Positions 12,960-26,535 of a stretch of 64,000 nt of DNA are shown here, one piece after another. Numbering within the stretch: position 1 is the stretch's first letter; each line of letters opens with the position of its first letter. The position numbers and the translations under genes are program-made. The stretch is from Lama guanicoe (Eukaryota): assembly GCA_013239625.1 (NCBI GenBank), contig MU053376.1, positions 520,833 through 584,832 of the forward strand, written 5' to 3'. The notes under the pieces are model-generated. The model searched no databases and was not told the DNA's origin. It saw nothing but the letters and a program-made list of their open reading frames with translations.

Positions 12960-13207
12960 ACCTTACACGTGTTCTAGTCTCTGTTACCAGGCAGGGCACT
13001 GATGGAACCTGCAGACGTGATGGAGGAGCCTTGATCCATGTGAGCGACTTTGAAGAATCACAGGGAGAAGGTGGGGAGGGGGGGTCCGGAGCCTGCAAAG
13101 GAGTAAATGTGACTTTGATTTTCAAAAATAGGGAATGGATAGATTTAGGGAATAAGAGGCACACTTAGTGTCCATTCCTGGCAAAGTTCTAGAAGCGATG
13201 ATTAAAC
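12960..13207 (+). mobile_element. CR1/L3 LINE reverse-transcriptase relic
   Basis: The translation GVNVTLIFKNREWIDLGNKR, followed by DNA ATTCCTGGCAAAGTTCTAGAA, matches the CR1 ORF2 motif ANVTPIFKKG..DPGNYRP..IPGKxLE. Confidence 0.65.
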
Positions 13208-13209
13208 TG

Positions 13210-13848
13210 AGATGATTATTGTCGTGTCTCCTAACTGGCCTCCCAGCTTCTGCCCTCGGCCACCCGACACCCTCATGCTCTGGTCTCAGCCCAGGAACCA
13301 GAGTGGTCTGCTCGAGTCAAATCATGCCACGTCGGCTCAAGACCCTCCAGTGTCTCCCCCTCTTACTGGAAGGAGCAGTCCAAGTCTTTCCAGTGGCCTA
13401 CAAGGCCGCAGCATGATCGCCCGGCTACTTCTCTGCCCTTGGGTCCCACGGTTCCCTTTCCCCGAATCTCTCTTGCTCCGGACACGTTAGCCTCCTTGCC
13501 CTTGGCGTTCACCCCTACTGTTCTCTGTCTGGATCACTCTTCCCTCAGATAACTGGTTGGTTCCCTCCCCAAAACATTGCTCAAATGTCAGCTTCTCAAC
13601 GAGGCCCTTCCCGAGCCCCCTGTGTAAGCCCCCTCCCCCCACTGCTCCTCTTCCCTGACTTACATTTTTCTCCATGGTGCTCACTAGCCCCCAGCCTGCT
13701 ACACACTCCCACTTGCTCATCCTGTTCATCAGCTTTCTTCCCTCACTGAAATGTAAGGTTCCCCGGCTCAGAGACTTTTATTGGCATCCCCAGTTCCTAG
13801 AACTGTGCCAACTACATAGTCATGTTCATTAAATATTTGTTGATTGGG
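13210..13848 (+). mobile_element. L2 fragment including the 3' end
   Basis: CTCCTAACTGGCCTCCC..GCTCAAATGTCAGCTTCTC..CCCAGTTCCTAGAACTGTGCC..AAATATTTGTTGA. Confidence 0.7.
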
Positions 13849-13910
13849 AGGGAGAAAGGAGAAAGGGAGGGAGGAAGGTGACTGGTACACTTGGAAAGAG
13901 GTCACTCGAC

Positions 13911-14010
13911 TAGGGTGATCGACCACCCTGGTTCCGCCAGGGCTAGGAGAGTTCCCGAAACAAGGGACTTTTAGTGCTAAGACAGGAAAGTGCCCACTGG
14001 CCGCCCTGCA
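13911..14010. mobile_element. hAT-Blackjack-type MITE (MER81/MER94-like); another copy at about 48870-49021
   Basis: Terminal TAGGGTGA.. and ..GCCGCCCTG, with internal GGGACTTTTAGTGCTAA. Confidence 0.55.
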
Positions 14011-15949
14011 CTACATCAGCCACCTTCACTTACTCTGTGATCTGGGGATCAGACTGAGAGTTCCCAGGAATGCCTCAGACTGTCTCCTCATGTTGGTACC
14101 GCCTCCCGTGAAGCCGGCCTTGTGGGGGGATGCAGAAATGCAGGCTGCAAGAGCATCATATTTAAGTGGTTTGTGGTTGGCTGAGAGGCCACCTCAGACG
14201 TGCTGATTGATGGACCGGTGTCAGGCTGGTGGGAAGGCGGCTATGGTAGCCACAGAACTGTGTCCTAACCCAGGTCTGCTCCACAATCTGTCGGAGCCAT
14301 GGCTGAGGACACCGACAGCAGGACAGAATCCTGCAGCGGCACGTCCTAGGGAGAGAGAGTCCACATGGGCAACAGCTGAGCTGGGTTTGAAATCATCTCA
14401 ATAGTTGGAAATGATAGGCCCTACATAACAACTTAAAATTCAAATAGTAAGTATTGCTTTCTGTTTAGGGTTGGGGAAAAAAAAGCAATCTTAGATGCAC
14501 AGAAGAGACCAGGCTAAATAGCCATTTTGTTGGTTTTAAACCCAGCGTGTTTAGTTGCCCACACACTCAGTCTAATATGAAAGCTGAGACCCCGAATACC
14601 ACTTTGGCTGTGTTAATAGACATACAGGGTAGGGTCCCACTGTCGCGCCGCCCAATCGCAACACACCTGAGCCACGTGCCCCGCTCTGCACCAGGGAGAG
14701 GCTGCTCACTCTCATTTGCTCAGTTTCTAGCTCTTCCAGGACACAGCAACCCACAAAGTGCCTCTTCCTCCCTCTCCCAAGTTGGCTTTGTTCCTCTGGC
14801 ATCAGCTCTCTTTCCAGGAGGAAAGAGGCCATTCGCTCCCATGGTCCCCACCGCTCACCTACTTCTCTGGGGCAGCCACATGCTCAGAACCTCGGAGTTC
14901 AGTTGGCAGAACTTCCTTTTCCCCTAGAAGAAGGGATTCATTTTCAAGGACTCGCCACCTGTAAGCCACTGCAGCAGGAAAGCAGAAGCCCACAAGGACA
15001 CAGAGACGGGGAGCCAGAGCTGCACCCCCTCCTCAGGGCTCCGGCTTCCACCATTCCCTCAGGGCTTCCTGTCATAACTAAGGAGTCTGTGGCAAGGGAG
15101 GGTGGCAGAGAGGTCTTCCATCTTCCAGCCTTTCCATCTTCCAACCCCAGGCACATTTACAAGTATTTTGCGCTAGAAGGATCTAAGGTCCTGGGCCCGC
15201 TAGCCGTGCTGGATCACTTTTGGGGTTCTTCCTGTATCGCGCCCGGAGCGCTTAGGGGAGTTCTGGGGTGACAAGGGAGGTGGTGATAGGAGAGGGTTGC
15301 AGGGGCCCACAGGCTTTGCAGGGCTCTGGGTGCTTATTTAAGCAAACAGCACCAGGATTTTCCTTGCCATGGGGGCTTGTCAAGAAAGGCAGCTCCTGCT
15401 CTCTGTCCTAGACAGGAGAGGTGTGGATTTCTGACTCCGGGTTTTCGCGGTCAGCACGGGCCCATCCCTGCCTCTTTCCCACAGAGCTTCTGTATCACAG
15501 AGGATGACTCCAGCCCTCACTAACGGCAAGCAGGCTGGATCCCACAGGCCCGCTCCAGTTCGTGAGCATGGCTGCCCAGAACATGACTGTGATGGTCCCA
15601 AAGCACATCAGGAAAGGACCCTGGGAGGCCTGAGGACTGTCAGCCACGGGTGCCGGAAGGGCAAGGGGAGCATGTGTGTCTCACGTCTATGCTTTCCCAG
15701 CCCCTCCCCTGAAGAACATGTAAGTTGCCCATGGGAAAGAGCACATGTGGATGGAGCCTCTGATCTCAGGGCAGAAGGCTGTCATTTTGAATTGGGGCTG
15801 AGCAGCCCACTAGTAGAGGATGGAGGAGCCAATGGGCCAGCCTCCAGCACCTCCCTCAACTCTCACTTGGGGCCATAACCTATACCCCGTCTATAAAAAA
15901 GCTGGGCTGGAGCAGAAGGAGAGAAACATTGTAGCCACCACAGGCTGGA

Positions 15950-16125
15950 GATCCCTGGTTCTCAAAGTGTGGTCCCCAGACCACTGGCAGCAGCATCACC
16001 TGAAAATGTGTTAGAAACACAGGTCCCACCCAGATGGAGATCAGAAACTCTGGGGGTAGGACCAGCCGTCTGTGCTCAGCAAGCCCTCAGGTGATTCTGA
16101 TGCAGGCTGATGTGTGAGAACCCCT
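15950..16125. mobile_element. MER5A-like hAT element (similar copies near 29.7, 34.7, 50.0 and 55.6 kb)
   Basis: GGTTCTCAAAGTGTGGTCCCCAGACC..CAGCATCACCTG..GGTGATTCTGATGCA..TGAGAACC. Confidence 0.8.
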
Positions 16126-17199
16126 GCCTAAGAGGAAAAAGGCTTCTAAACTGGCTGTTCTGAAGGCCTTTGGAGAACCCTGCTCTGTGTTCACCGAGGG
16201 AGGACCATCACCCCCCGGCTTGGGGTGAGTGTTCTCTTTCTCCGTTCCGTGGGGCCTGATGCTCTGTCTACTGGTCTGACTTCCATCTGTATATACATTT
16301 GCCATTTCGACGGTGGCTTCCAACAAGTCTGCTAAATGTGTCTATAGCACATAGTCCTCAGGGTCACATGTTTCTTTTCAGTGTCAAGAGACTCATCTCA
16401 GAAAAAAGCGCTGTGGTCCAGTGGCCTCTTGCTCTGGCACCGCCCCTTGGCTCTATTTCCCAATAGATGCCGCTCTTCACATTTGGTCCTAAGAGGTCAA
16501 TTGGGTTTTTTGTTTTTGTTTTTGTTTCTTTAAATACTGCAAAAGCAAACCAGGCTCATTGCAAATTACACTGAAATGGACTAGAAAGATCAATGCAGCA
16601 GTTTCCTTGTCCCAGAGCCCTCCCCTTCCCAAATCCTCCATCACCCCCCACACCCCTCCTGCCCCAGTGAGCCAAAGTTCTTGCTGTCTTGATGATTTGC
16701 AATTCTCGGCATGACTCTGCCTCTTGGGTTTGTTTAATTAGAAGTAGGCTGGGAAGTGCTTCCTCTGCACTGGCATGTTAATTGCTTATCGCAGAAAGGG
16801 AAGGGGTGCCGATGTGTGCTGATGGAAATTTCCACTCTCTCCATCTCCCGGTTTCCCCCCATTTTCCTCTCCCGCCCTCTCCTTGCCTCCTGTGCTCCTT
16901 CCTTCTCTTGTCAGCACCCCCTGCCCCCCCCACGCCTCTTCCCTCTTCCCCTAGCCCTCCTGCTCAGTTGCAGGGACTCTCTGGGGAGCAGGCCCAGCGG
17001 CGCCTGGCAGGCCAGAATTCAAGCCTAGAGGGAAAAACTGTGCCTTCTTGCATCACGTTCCTCTCTCCTCCCTCCTGTCCCATCCCAGCCCCTGCCTCTG
17101 TCACCCTCAGGCTTTGACAAGATTCGGAGCAGGGAACTCTTTAGTTATACTCAGTCTTCAAAGGTTTCGTTCGTTGCCTTTCGTTTCCTCCCCCTCCCC

Positions 17200-17871
17200 T
17201 TATGATTGTTATTCTTATTTATTTTTATTTTTTTTTTACAAAACAGGAGAAAAGAGTGAATTCGGCTGGGGGGAGGTGACACATTTCTCCACGAAGGTAC
17301 AAAATTGCCTGTAGAAAGTCCACCTAGCGGTGCCGACCTGGGCTGCCGGGACGAGGCACCCCCGAGCATCCCGCTCCCAAATGTCCTTCAGATCCAGCTG
17401 GGGGCCCGCTTGGGGAGCAGTCCCCCAAGGTGGGGAGGAGAGGCCTCCTTCAGCCCTTGCCCAGGAGGGGAAGGAGCAAGCAGCTGAGACTTTACAAAGA
17501 CAGAGAAGAGGAGGGGGCGCGGCCTGCGGGCCAAGGGCCTGGGGACACAGGCAGGGGACATCCAGGCAGAGGCCCAGGAGCCTCTGGGCATATAGACAAC
17601 TGGGGAGGTGGGAGGCTCTAGCCAGAGTGCTTCCTGTTGCTTGGAGATGCTCCTCAGAATGGCAGCAGAGGAGCCCAGAAGGTAAGGGCGGCCTTCCGGA
17701 GGCTGCAGGGGCACCCCCTGGGGCCACAAAGCCAGCTGTCTTGGTCCAGCTGCCAGGCCTCAAGTTCGTGAGTCTGTGTCACGTTCCTGGCAGGGCATCT
17801 GGCCCAGATTGCGTCCCTTTTGGTAAATAGTAGTCCCAGATACTTCTCTACCTCTGAGAACAGGCTGAGCT
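17200..17871 (-). other. LRRN2: LRRN2 3' UTR (about 0.67 kb, end approximate)
   Basis: Repeat-free GC-rich sequence from the stop codon to the first AATAAA cluster downstream. Confidence 0.7.
17218..17229 (-). terminator. LRRN2: Tandem AATAAA polyadenylation signals of LRRN2
   Basis: The plus strand has TTTATT at 17218-17223 and 17224-17229, i.e. two adjacent AATAAA hexamers on the minus strand. Confidence 0.75.
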
Positions 17872-20253
<2,382 letters not shown>

Positions 20254-20282
20254 CTGGAAGAAGAGGATGCAGGGTTAAGGAG
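20254..20282 (-). promoter_or_regulatory. LRRN2: 3' splice site (branch point, polypyrimidine tract, AG) of the LRRN2 coding exon
   Basis: The minus strand reads CCTTAAC CCTGCATCCTCTTCTTCCAG|GGCTG: a branch-point-like YTTAAC, a pyrimidine tract and CAG. Confidence 0.75.
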
Positions 20283-23021
20283 ATTGCAGAGAAGCAGAAT
20301 CTATTCCCTCTTCCCACATCTCCTCTGTTTGACTCAAGAGGCCAAAGGAGCTGGGAATGGTGGACAGGGTCAGAGCCAGGGCTCCTGGGTTCTGTCCTAT
20401 AGCCTTAGGCTTTACTGTCCTTTTTTACGATCTGTTGGGGGAATGAGTGACTGTGAGTTTTCAGGGAAGGACCAGGAGAGAGACTGAGCCTCAGAAGCTT
20501 TCAGAATAACTCAGGAAAGGGGTGTGTGTATGTGGAGGAGAGGGGAGGCTGGAATAATCATCATCTTGAGAGTCCTTCTGAGCCCGGAGAGATGTGGAGT
20601 AGGTTCTCCAGACTTTCTCACATCTCTCCCCACCTCCTCCTTGGCTCACTGGGTAAATGGGGAATAAAGCAATAGTTTTCAGATGTCCCTTTGAATGGTG
20701 TAGGTAGAGTGATAGAAACAAATTCAGCTTCTAAATCCCACGGTGAGCTCCTGGGACTGGAAGCTGAAAGGCAGTGAACCCTGACCCCACACCCAACAGG
20801 CTGGGGCGGGGTGGTTGTGTCTGGGGTCTGTTGAGGCTCCCCTGGGGTGGGGGACAGCTTTGGTTTTTGCCAAGTTCCCTACTGGAGGCAGGGGTTTCCC
20901 CTTCCCCAACAGCCTGGCCGAGCTGCCAGGAGGAGGTGGTGGGGCTACGAAGCCTGGGTCTGAGCTCGTCAGCCCTGCAGGTAAGACCTTATGTGACTTG
21001 GCTTCAGCTAATTCTCCTGGCTTTTGCCGCCCTGCTGACCCACCGTGACCAACCTTTCAGGTCGAAGTTACCCTGACACACCCCATCCCCCTGTCTCCTC
21101 TTCAGTCTCCCAGTCAACCCCCATTTGTTCTTCAAGACTCAACTTAATGTCAGTCATCTCCTACAGAAAGCTTCTTCTAACCCTCCCACCCCTGGATGGC
21201 TAAGGGGCCTGCCTCATGCTCTTTCACTGCAGCCCTGACCACATCACATGGAAATGTCTCCCCAGCTGGGGACCTGTTTTGCTCATCATCATCCTTGTAG
21301 TCCAGGGCAGGTGCCCAGTAAGGGTTTATATGACTCAATCTCTGTGGTCCCAGGGCCCCTTCCTCCAGGAGGTTGGGCCCCTACCGCCATCCCAATCTAG
21401 AATTCAAGCCATTCCTCCCTCCTGGGTATGAGCAATCAATCCGGGTTCTCTACCAGACTCCAGAGCCAGGCTGCATCACCCTAGAGGTGAGTGCAGTCTT
21501 GGCCAAGAATCAAGATGGGGAATGAAACGGGGCCTCCTGAGCCTGCTCTGACTCTTGAGTGGAGGTCTGATTGGATGGTTTTCCAGCTGCAGGCATCAGA
21601 GAAGCACATAGTTATTGAACACCTGCGATTTGCCAGGACTCTTCAAAGACTCTGCATCTCTTATTTCATTTAACCTTCATAAAGCGTCTACAAGATAAGC
21701 ATTAATACCTCCCGTCTGCAGATGAAGAAACTGAGGTTAGGAAGAGGTTAAAGAATTTGGCACAAGCTATATAGCTGGTAAGTGGCAGGAGACAGGAATC
21801 CAGAGGCTGTGCCATTGACACTGGACTTCTCTGCCCCCACGTCTGGCCCTGACGTCTGTACCCTGGGCACCCTGGGCTGCACTGGCTGCTGAAGCAGCAG
21901 GCTGGGTGCCTGTTCTTGCCCCCGGGGGAGATGATTCCTCTCCAGGAGCTGTGGGAAGCTGGGCGCTGTGTCTCCCACCACCTTCCCGGCAGGTGTCTCT
22001 GAGCTGCCCACCTCCTCCCGCTCCCAGGATGCTGGGGCTGGGTGGGAGCCACCGAAGACCTCCCCTGAGCATGGGAACCGCATGGCTGTTTACATTTGAC
22101 TACTTCCCACCTTCCTCTGCAGCTATTTCTGAAGGTGGGAAAAACAACATGACTGAACATGCACAGAGGTTTTGCGTGGGGGGATGTATACTGACACGTA
22201 AAACTCTGGGCAAACAAACACACGTGCACACGCAGGCACACCTGCATACGTGTGCAGAGGGGCGTGCAGGGAACTCAGCTATCCAAGCCGGTGAGAGGTG
22301 GTCAGGAAGGGGGTGGGGTGGGGATTCTGCAGTGTGCTACGTGGCAGAGAGGCAGCAGGGACAAGCTGAGCCCTGGGATGGCCCTGTCATGGAACTAGGT
22401 CTGTGCTCCTGCCACACGTACATACTAGTGGCTTCTGCTTTCTTTCCAGGCCTGACCTGAGAGAGCAGAACCCATCAGCAAAGAGATCTTACTATTACTT
22501 ACCACTTCCTATCAGAGCACCCTAGGAAAAGCTGTTGACTTCTCTGAGCATCTGTTCCTTGTGTATAAAATGAGCTTGTTATTAGGATTAAAGGAGCTCA
22601 ATGTGGTGCACACAGGAAGAGCTCAATAAGTGTTCCCCTCATCCTCCAGGGCTGGGAGGCTCCCCAGCTACAGGACTTTTTGGAAGTTGAATCCCAGGGC
22701 TCAGTAAGGCCCTATTAAGCTTGCCCACTGTGGACCCAGTGTTGCGCCCACCCCTCTGCCAGGTGGGGTGGAGAGCTGTGAGTAGAAAAAGATAAAGTGT
22801 CACACCTCTATGAGGGCCACTCTGGCAGGACCACAAATGCACAATGCTTAGGAGAGCCCAAGACAGTTCGAGAGAAGGCTGCAGTGGGTGGAGAGGCCTG
22901 GAGACCCCACCTGAGCCCCAGGGTCTGTCTCCAACACCTCTGACCTAGCCCCTTTGTCCTGCAGACGCTCAACTGTACGGAGGGACTGAGAAGCCATATT
23001 AAAGTTAATTAAAAACGTCCA

Positions 23022-23139
23022 GGGGAGAGGGTGTAGCTCAGTGGTAGAGTGCATGCCTAGTGTGTGTGAGGCCCTGGGTGCAATCCCCAGCACCTCCATT
23101 AATAAATAAATAAATAAACAAACCTAACCCCCCCCAAAA
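23022..23139 (+). mobile_element. tRNA-derived SINE (Vic-1-like)
   Basis: GGGTGTAGCTCAGTGGTAGAG..GGGTGCAATCCCCAG..(AATA)n ACCTAA. Confidence 0.85.
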
Positions 23140-24212
23140 GCATCCAGAGACACCCCTTCCCTTCACCCCAGGCTCACCCTCCTCCGTGCCCCTGTGGCTG
23201 GAGCTCCTGCCCCCCAGCCAGGAGCCCAGGGCTGGGCTCGGCGTTTCCAGAGAAGGGCAGTGGCCGGATGACTCACGTTTGCGTGCACCTCTGGTCCCAA
23301 GGCTCGGCAAAGGCCCAGGCAAGTCTTCCCCCTCAGTGCTGAGCACGCAGCCCCTCCCAAGTTGGAACTCGGAGCTGCCCACTCACCTGCCATCACCACT
23401 TAAAGCTGTCTTGCACATGGCCCACTCATGCAGGCTCGATTAGCAATTTCTGCCGGGAGCTGCAGAGAAAGCTAATTGTCTTTTATCTATAATCTCCCAG
23501 GGTGAGCGGGAGTTCAGACTATCGCGGGTACGTTTCCCCCAACAGGATTTCAAGGTCTTTGCGGCAGGGGCCATGGCTTGCATGCTTTTTGTGTCCCCAT
23601 GGCACCAGGTGTAGGATTGAACAGGCAGAAGGTACTGGTGAGTGGAGGCAAACAGTGAAGCGTGTCATCCTCCCATCAACCCTGGGTGGAGGCAGAGAAG
23701 GGACTTCTTAGTCTCGTTTTGCAGGGGAAGCAACTGAGGCACCGAGAGGTTAAGGGACTTGTCAGAGGTTGCACAGCTTCTAACATGGCAGGGTCGGGAT
23801 TCAAACCCAGGTCTTTGCCTCCGTAACCCGCTGCACCAGACCAGCCAAGATCGACGCCTGCCTTACTGGAGCACAGCGCTGAAACTGGGGGGGCTGGGGC
23901 TGCTCTCTGTGCAGGGATTGCTGGAGCCGTGGCCTTCAGTGACAGAAGAGGGAGAGCCCCAGGGCCACAGTGGGGGAAGCAGGGTTGCCCACTTCCAGGG
24001 ACTAAGTTTCTCTTGGAAGGGCTGGCACTGCAAGCCCCCGTAGACCCACCTCTTCTGGACAGCTGCTCTGGATTTAGCAGAAAGTCTGGAATTGATTGCT
24101 TACACTCCTCATTGAACTACAACACTTGGCAAAGCACTAGATGAAGAATTTTGGAGAAGCTGTTCTCAGGAACCAGCGCGGCTCTCCTCCCGCCCCTCCG
24201 TGTCCGGCCCCG

Positions 24213-24243
24213 NNNNNNNNNNNNNNNNNNNNNNNNNNNNNNN
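24213..24243. other. Assembly gap (31 N) inside a GC/CpG-rich patch
   Basis: The N run is flanked by CCGCCCCTCCG..CCGGCCCCG and CCGCCTCCCGG. Confidence 0.99.
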
Positions 24244-24884
24244 CCGCCTCCCGGCAGCCTCCGCCCAGCACCCCCCACCCCCGCCCCATAAGCCTGGAGA
24301 GCAGCGGGCAGGGCAGTGATCGATTGCCTAGCCTTCTCGGCCCGCCGCCTCTGTGCCAGGTCCCCGTGAGCTGCGGAGACAGATGGGCAGCATAATTGAG
24401 TGTAGCGTTGATAAACTCCGGCCTCCTCCCCAGCAGAGAAGCCCTGGGTGGGGGGTGGGGGATGCAGCGGGAGGGGAGGCCAGCACTCCATCTGTACACC
24501 TGGCCTCCAGCTACTCCTGGGAGGTGAGCATGGCCCCTCACTCCCGCCTCCCATTTAATCACAGACAACCAGGACCTCAGAGCTCGAGGAGACCTCCGCA
24601 TTTATCTAGCCTTCCAGAGTCTGAATTCCATAAATAACTTATGCAAAGGAGGAGTGGTGCAGTGGAAGGAGCCTGGGCTCTGCGTTCAGGGTTTGAGCCT
24701 GGCAATGCTGCTGGCTCACTGGGTGACCTTGGGCCGAGTTAGGGATGAAACCTTCTCACAGAAGGGCTGTGAGGAGCATAGGATATGAGGTCTAGGACGT
24801 GCCTGTTAGTTGCCCTCATTGCCCCCCTTACTGTTGCCTCTCATCTTAGCCCCAACTTCTCATCTCTCACCTTTTGTAGTCAAC

Positions 24885-25115
24885 TTTTCCCCCCATTATT
24901 GACATATGTACAGGAGATAACATATGTACAGGAGAGAGAATAAATGGCATGAATTTCAAGTGCACAGCTTGCTGAACTTCCACATTAGGAGATACCAGTA
25001 CAATCATCACCCAGAGCAAGATATAGACATTTCCAGCCCTCTTGAAGTTCCTATGTGGTCCTTCCCAGTGTCCAGCCCCCACCTGGAATTAACCATTGTC
25101 CTAACTTCTATCATC
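24885..25115 (-). mobile_element. Old L1 (L1M-type) fragment
   Basis: CACCCAGAGCAAGATATAGACATTTCCAGC..AACCATTGTCCTAACTTCTATCA; includes an 18-bp tandem duplication at 24903-24935. Confidence 0.55.
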
Positions 25116-26289
25116 ATCATCATCTTTTAAGCCCAGAATTCTTCCTTCTCCATCACAGCTTGGGACCAGGGTCTTTGGAAAGAGTTGACTCTGGTGTTAG
25201 GGGACTCTAGAGCACCAGATTTGAAATTCACTTAATGCATCCTCTGCTTCATAGTGGCTCTAGCTTCTCAGGGTCTCACAATTAATCAGTGATTTCCAGG
25301 AAGGGAGAGTCATTCCTCTTATTCCTCTTTCTTTTTCTACAATTCCCATAGCTAGAAATTGCTCTATGCCTTACAGTCTCCTCTCTGGTTGGAATCCTTA
25401 TGACCTGGGCCTCCCAGGGGCCTGCTGTCTCGAGGAGGAAGATGACAGGATGACCTCCTGGCCCCACCCACCACTGGCAGCCCTTCCCCAAAGCCCTACT
25501 CGGGCTTGGCCACCTCGTGGAGCAGCCCTGCTGCCCCCTTCCCGCTACCAGACCCCTAGGTCTTCTCATTACAGAGTCTGGGGCACCAGGTGTGAGGACA
25601 AATGAGGGAGTGGCCAGGAAGGAGGGGCCCTGACTCACTTCTAACTGCCCCAGACCTCGCCACCTGGCCATGTCGGAGGCTTCTCACATTCAACTTGTCC
25701 CAAACCCAACATCTCCCACCAAACCTGCTCTTGCTGTCAGGTGGCACTGCCACCCACCAGTCTCCAGACTGGGAACCTCCGCCATCGTGACCCATCCCTG
25801 TCTCACCTCACACACACCCACCACAGAGCGCACACTTACTTTCCCGCTTCATTGCTTGTTTTGACCCTAACAGTTGCCTCGTTCGGTGTCTCCTCCTCAC
25901 CCTCGAGTGATCTCTTGGTCCTCAGGCACTCCATGCTCCTGCTAAACTAGGCTTGCTACTTCATTCCCCTTCTCAGGCCTCTCACTCCGCCAGCAAAGCC
26001 CTTCCCCAACTTCAGTGATCAAACTCCTCTCCAGCCATAAAAACTTGTCCCAAATGCCACCTCCTCTGTGACACTTTCCCAGAGTCCCTCCTAGAAGGGT
26101 GGTTGCATCCACTGCAGTCCCTGAGACTCTTTGAACAGACCTCCACCGTAATAGCTCCTTCCTTATTGTCATTCTGTGAGTCTGTTTTCTCAGCTGAGGC
26201 TGTGAGCTCCTGGAGGAAAGGATGGTTTGTTATTGATTTGTGTATTCTCAGAGCCAGAGTTTCCCGGTAGGGGTGGGAGGTGTTCTACC

Positions 26290-26535
26290 GCCATGAACTG
26301 TGAATCGCAACCCATTAGTGGGTCATGAAAACAATTTAAAGTGAGTAACAATCTGCATTAAAAAAGAAAAAGAAATAGAAAGTAGAGTGCATTGTGTGTA
26401 GCTAGACTAAGCATGGTTTTGAAATGTCTTTTCCTCTGTTTTACACACTCACACATACGGACAGGGATAGGATGCAAAATCATGTATTTCTGCCCTTGGG
26501 TCACAGCAATAACCGCTTGAAAATCATCATTCTGC
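26290..26535. mobile_element. hAT-type DNA element (MER112-like)
   Basis: CGCAACCCATTAGTGGGTCATGAAAACAATTTA..AATAGAAAGTAGAGTGCAT. Confidence 0.5.

Noticed and set aside
13666..13686. REST/RE1-like motif (also half-sites near 11460, 44165 and 44822)
   Set aside because: Only partial matches to TTCAGCACCnnGGACAG, some within L2 or L1 sequence; no full site seen.
23022..23100. tRNA-like sequences here and at the other SINE loci
   Set aside because: They continue into a shared SINE body and A-rich tail with TSDs; these are SINEs, not tRNA genes.
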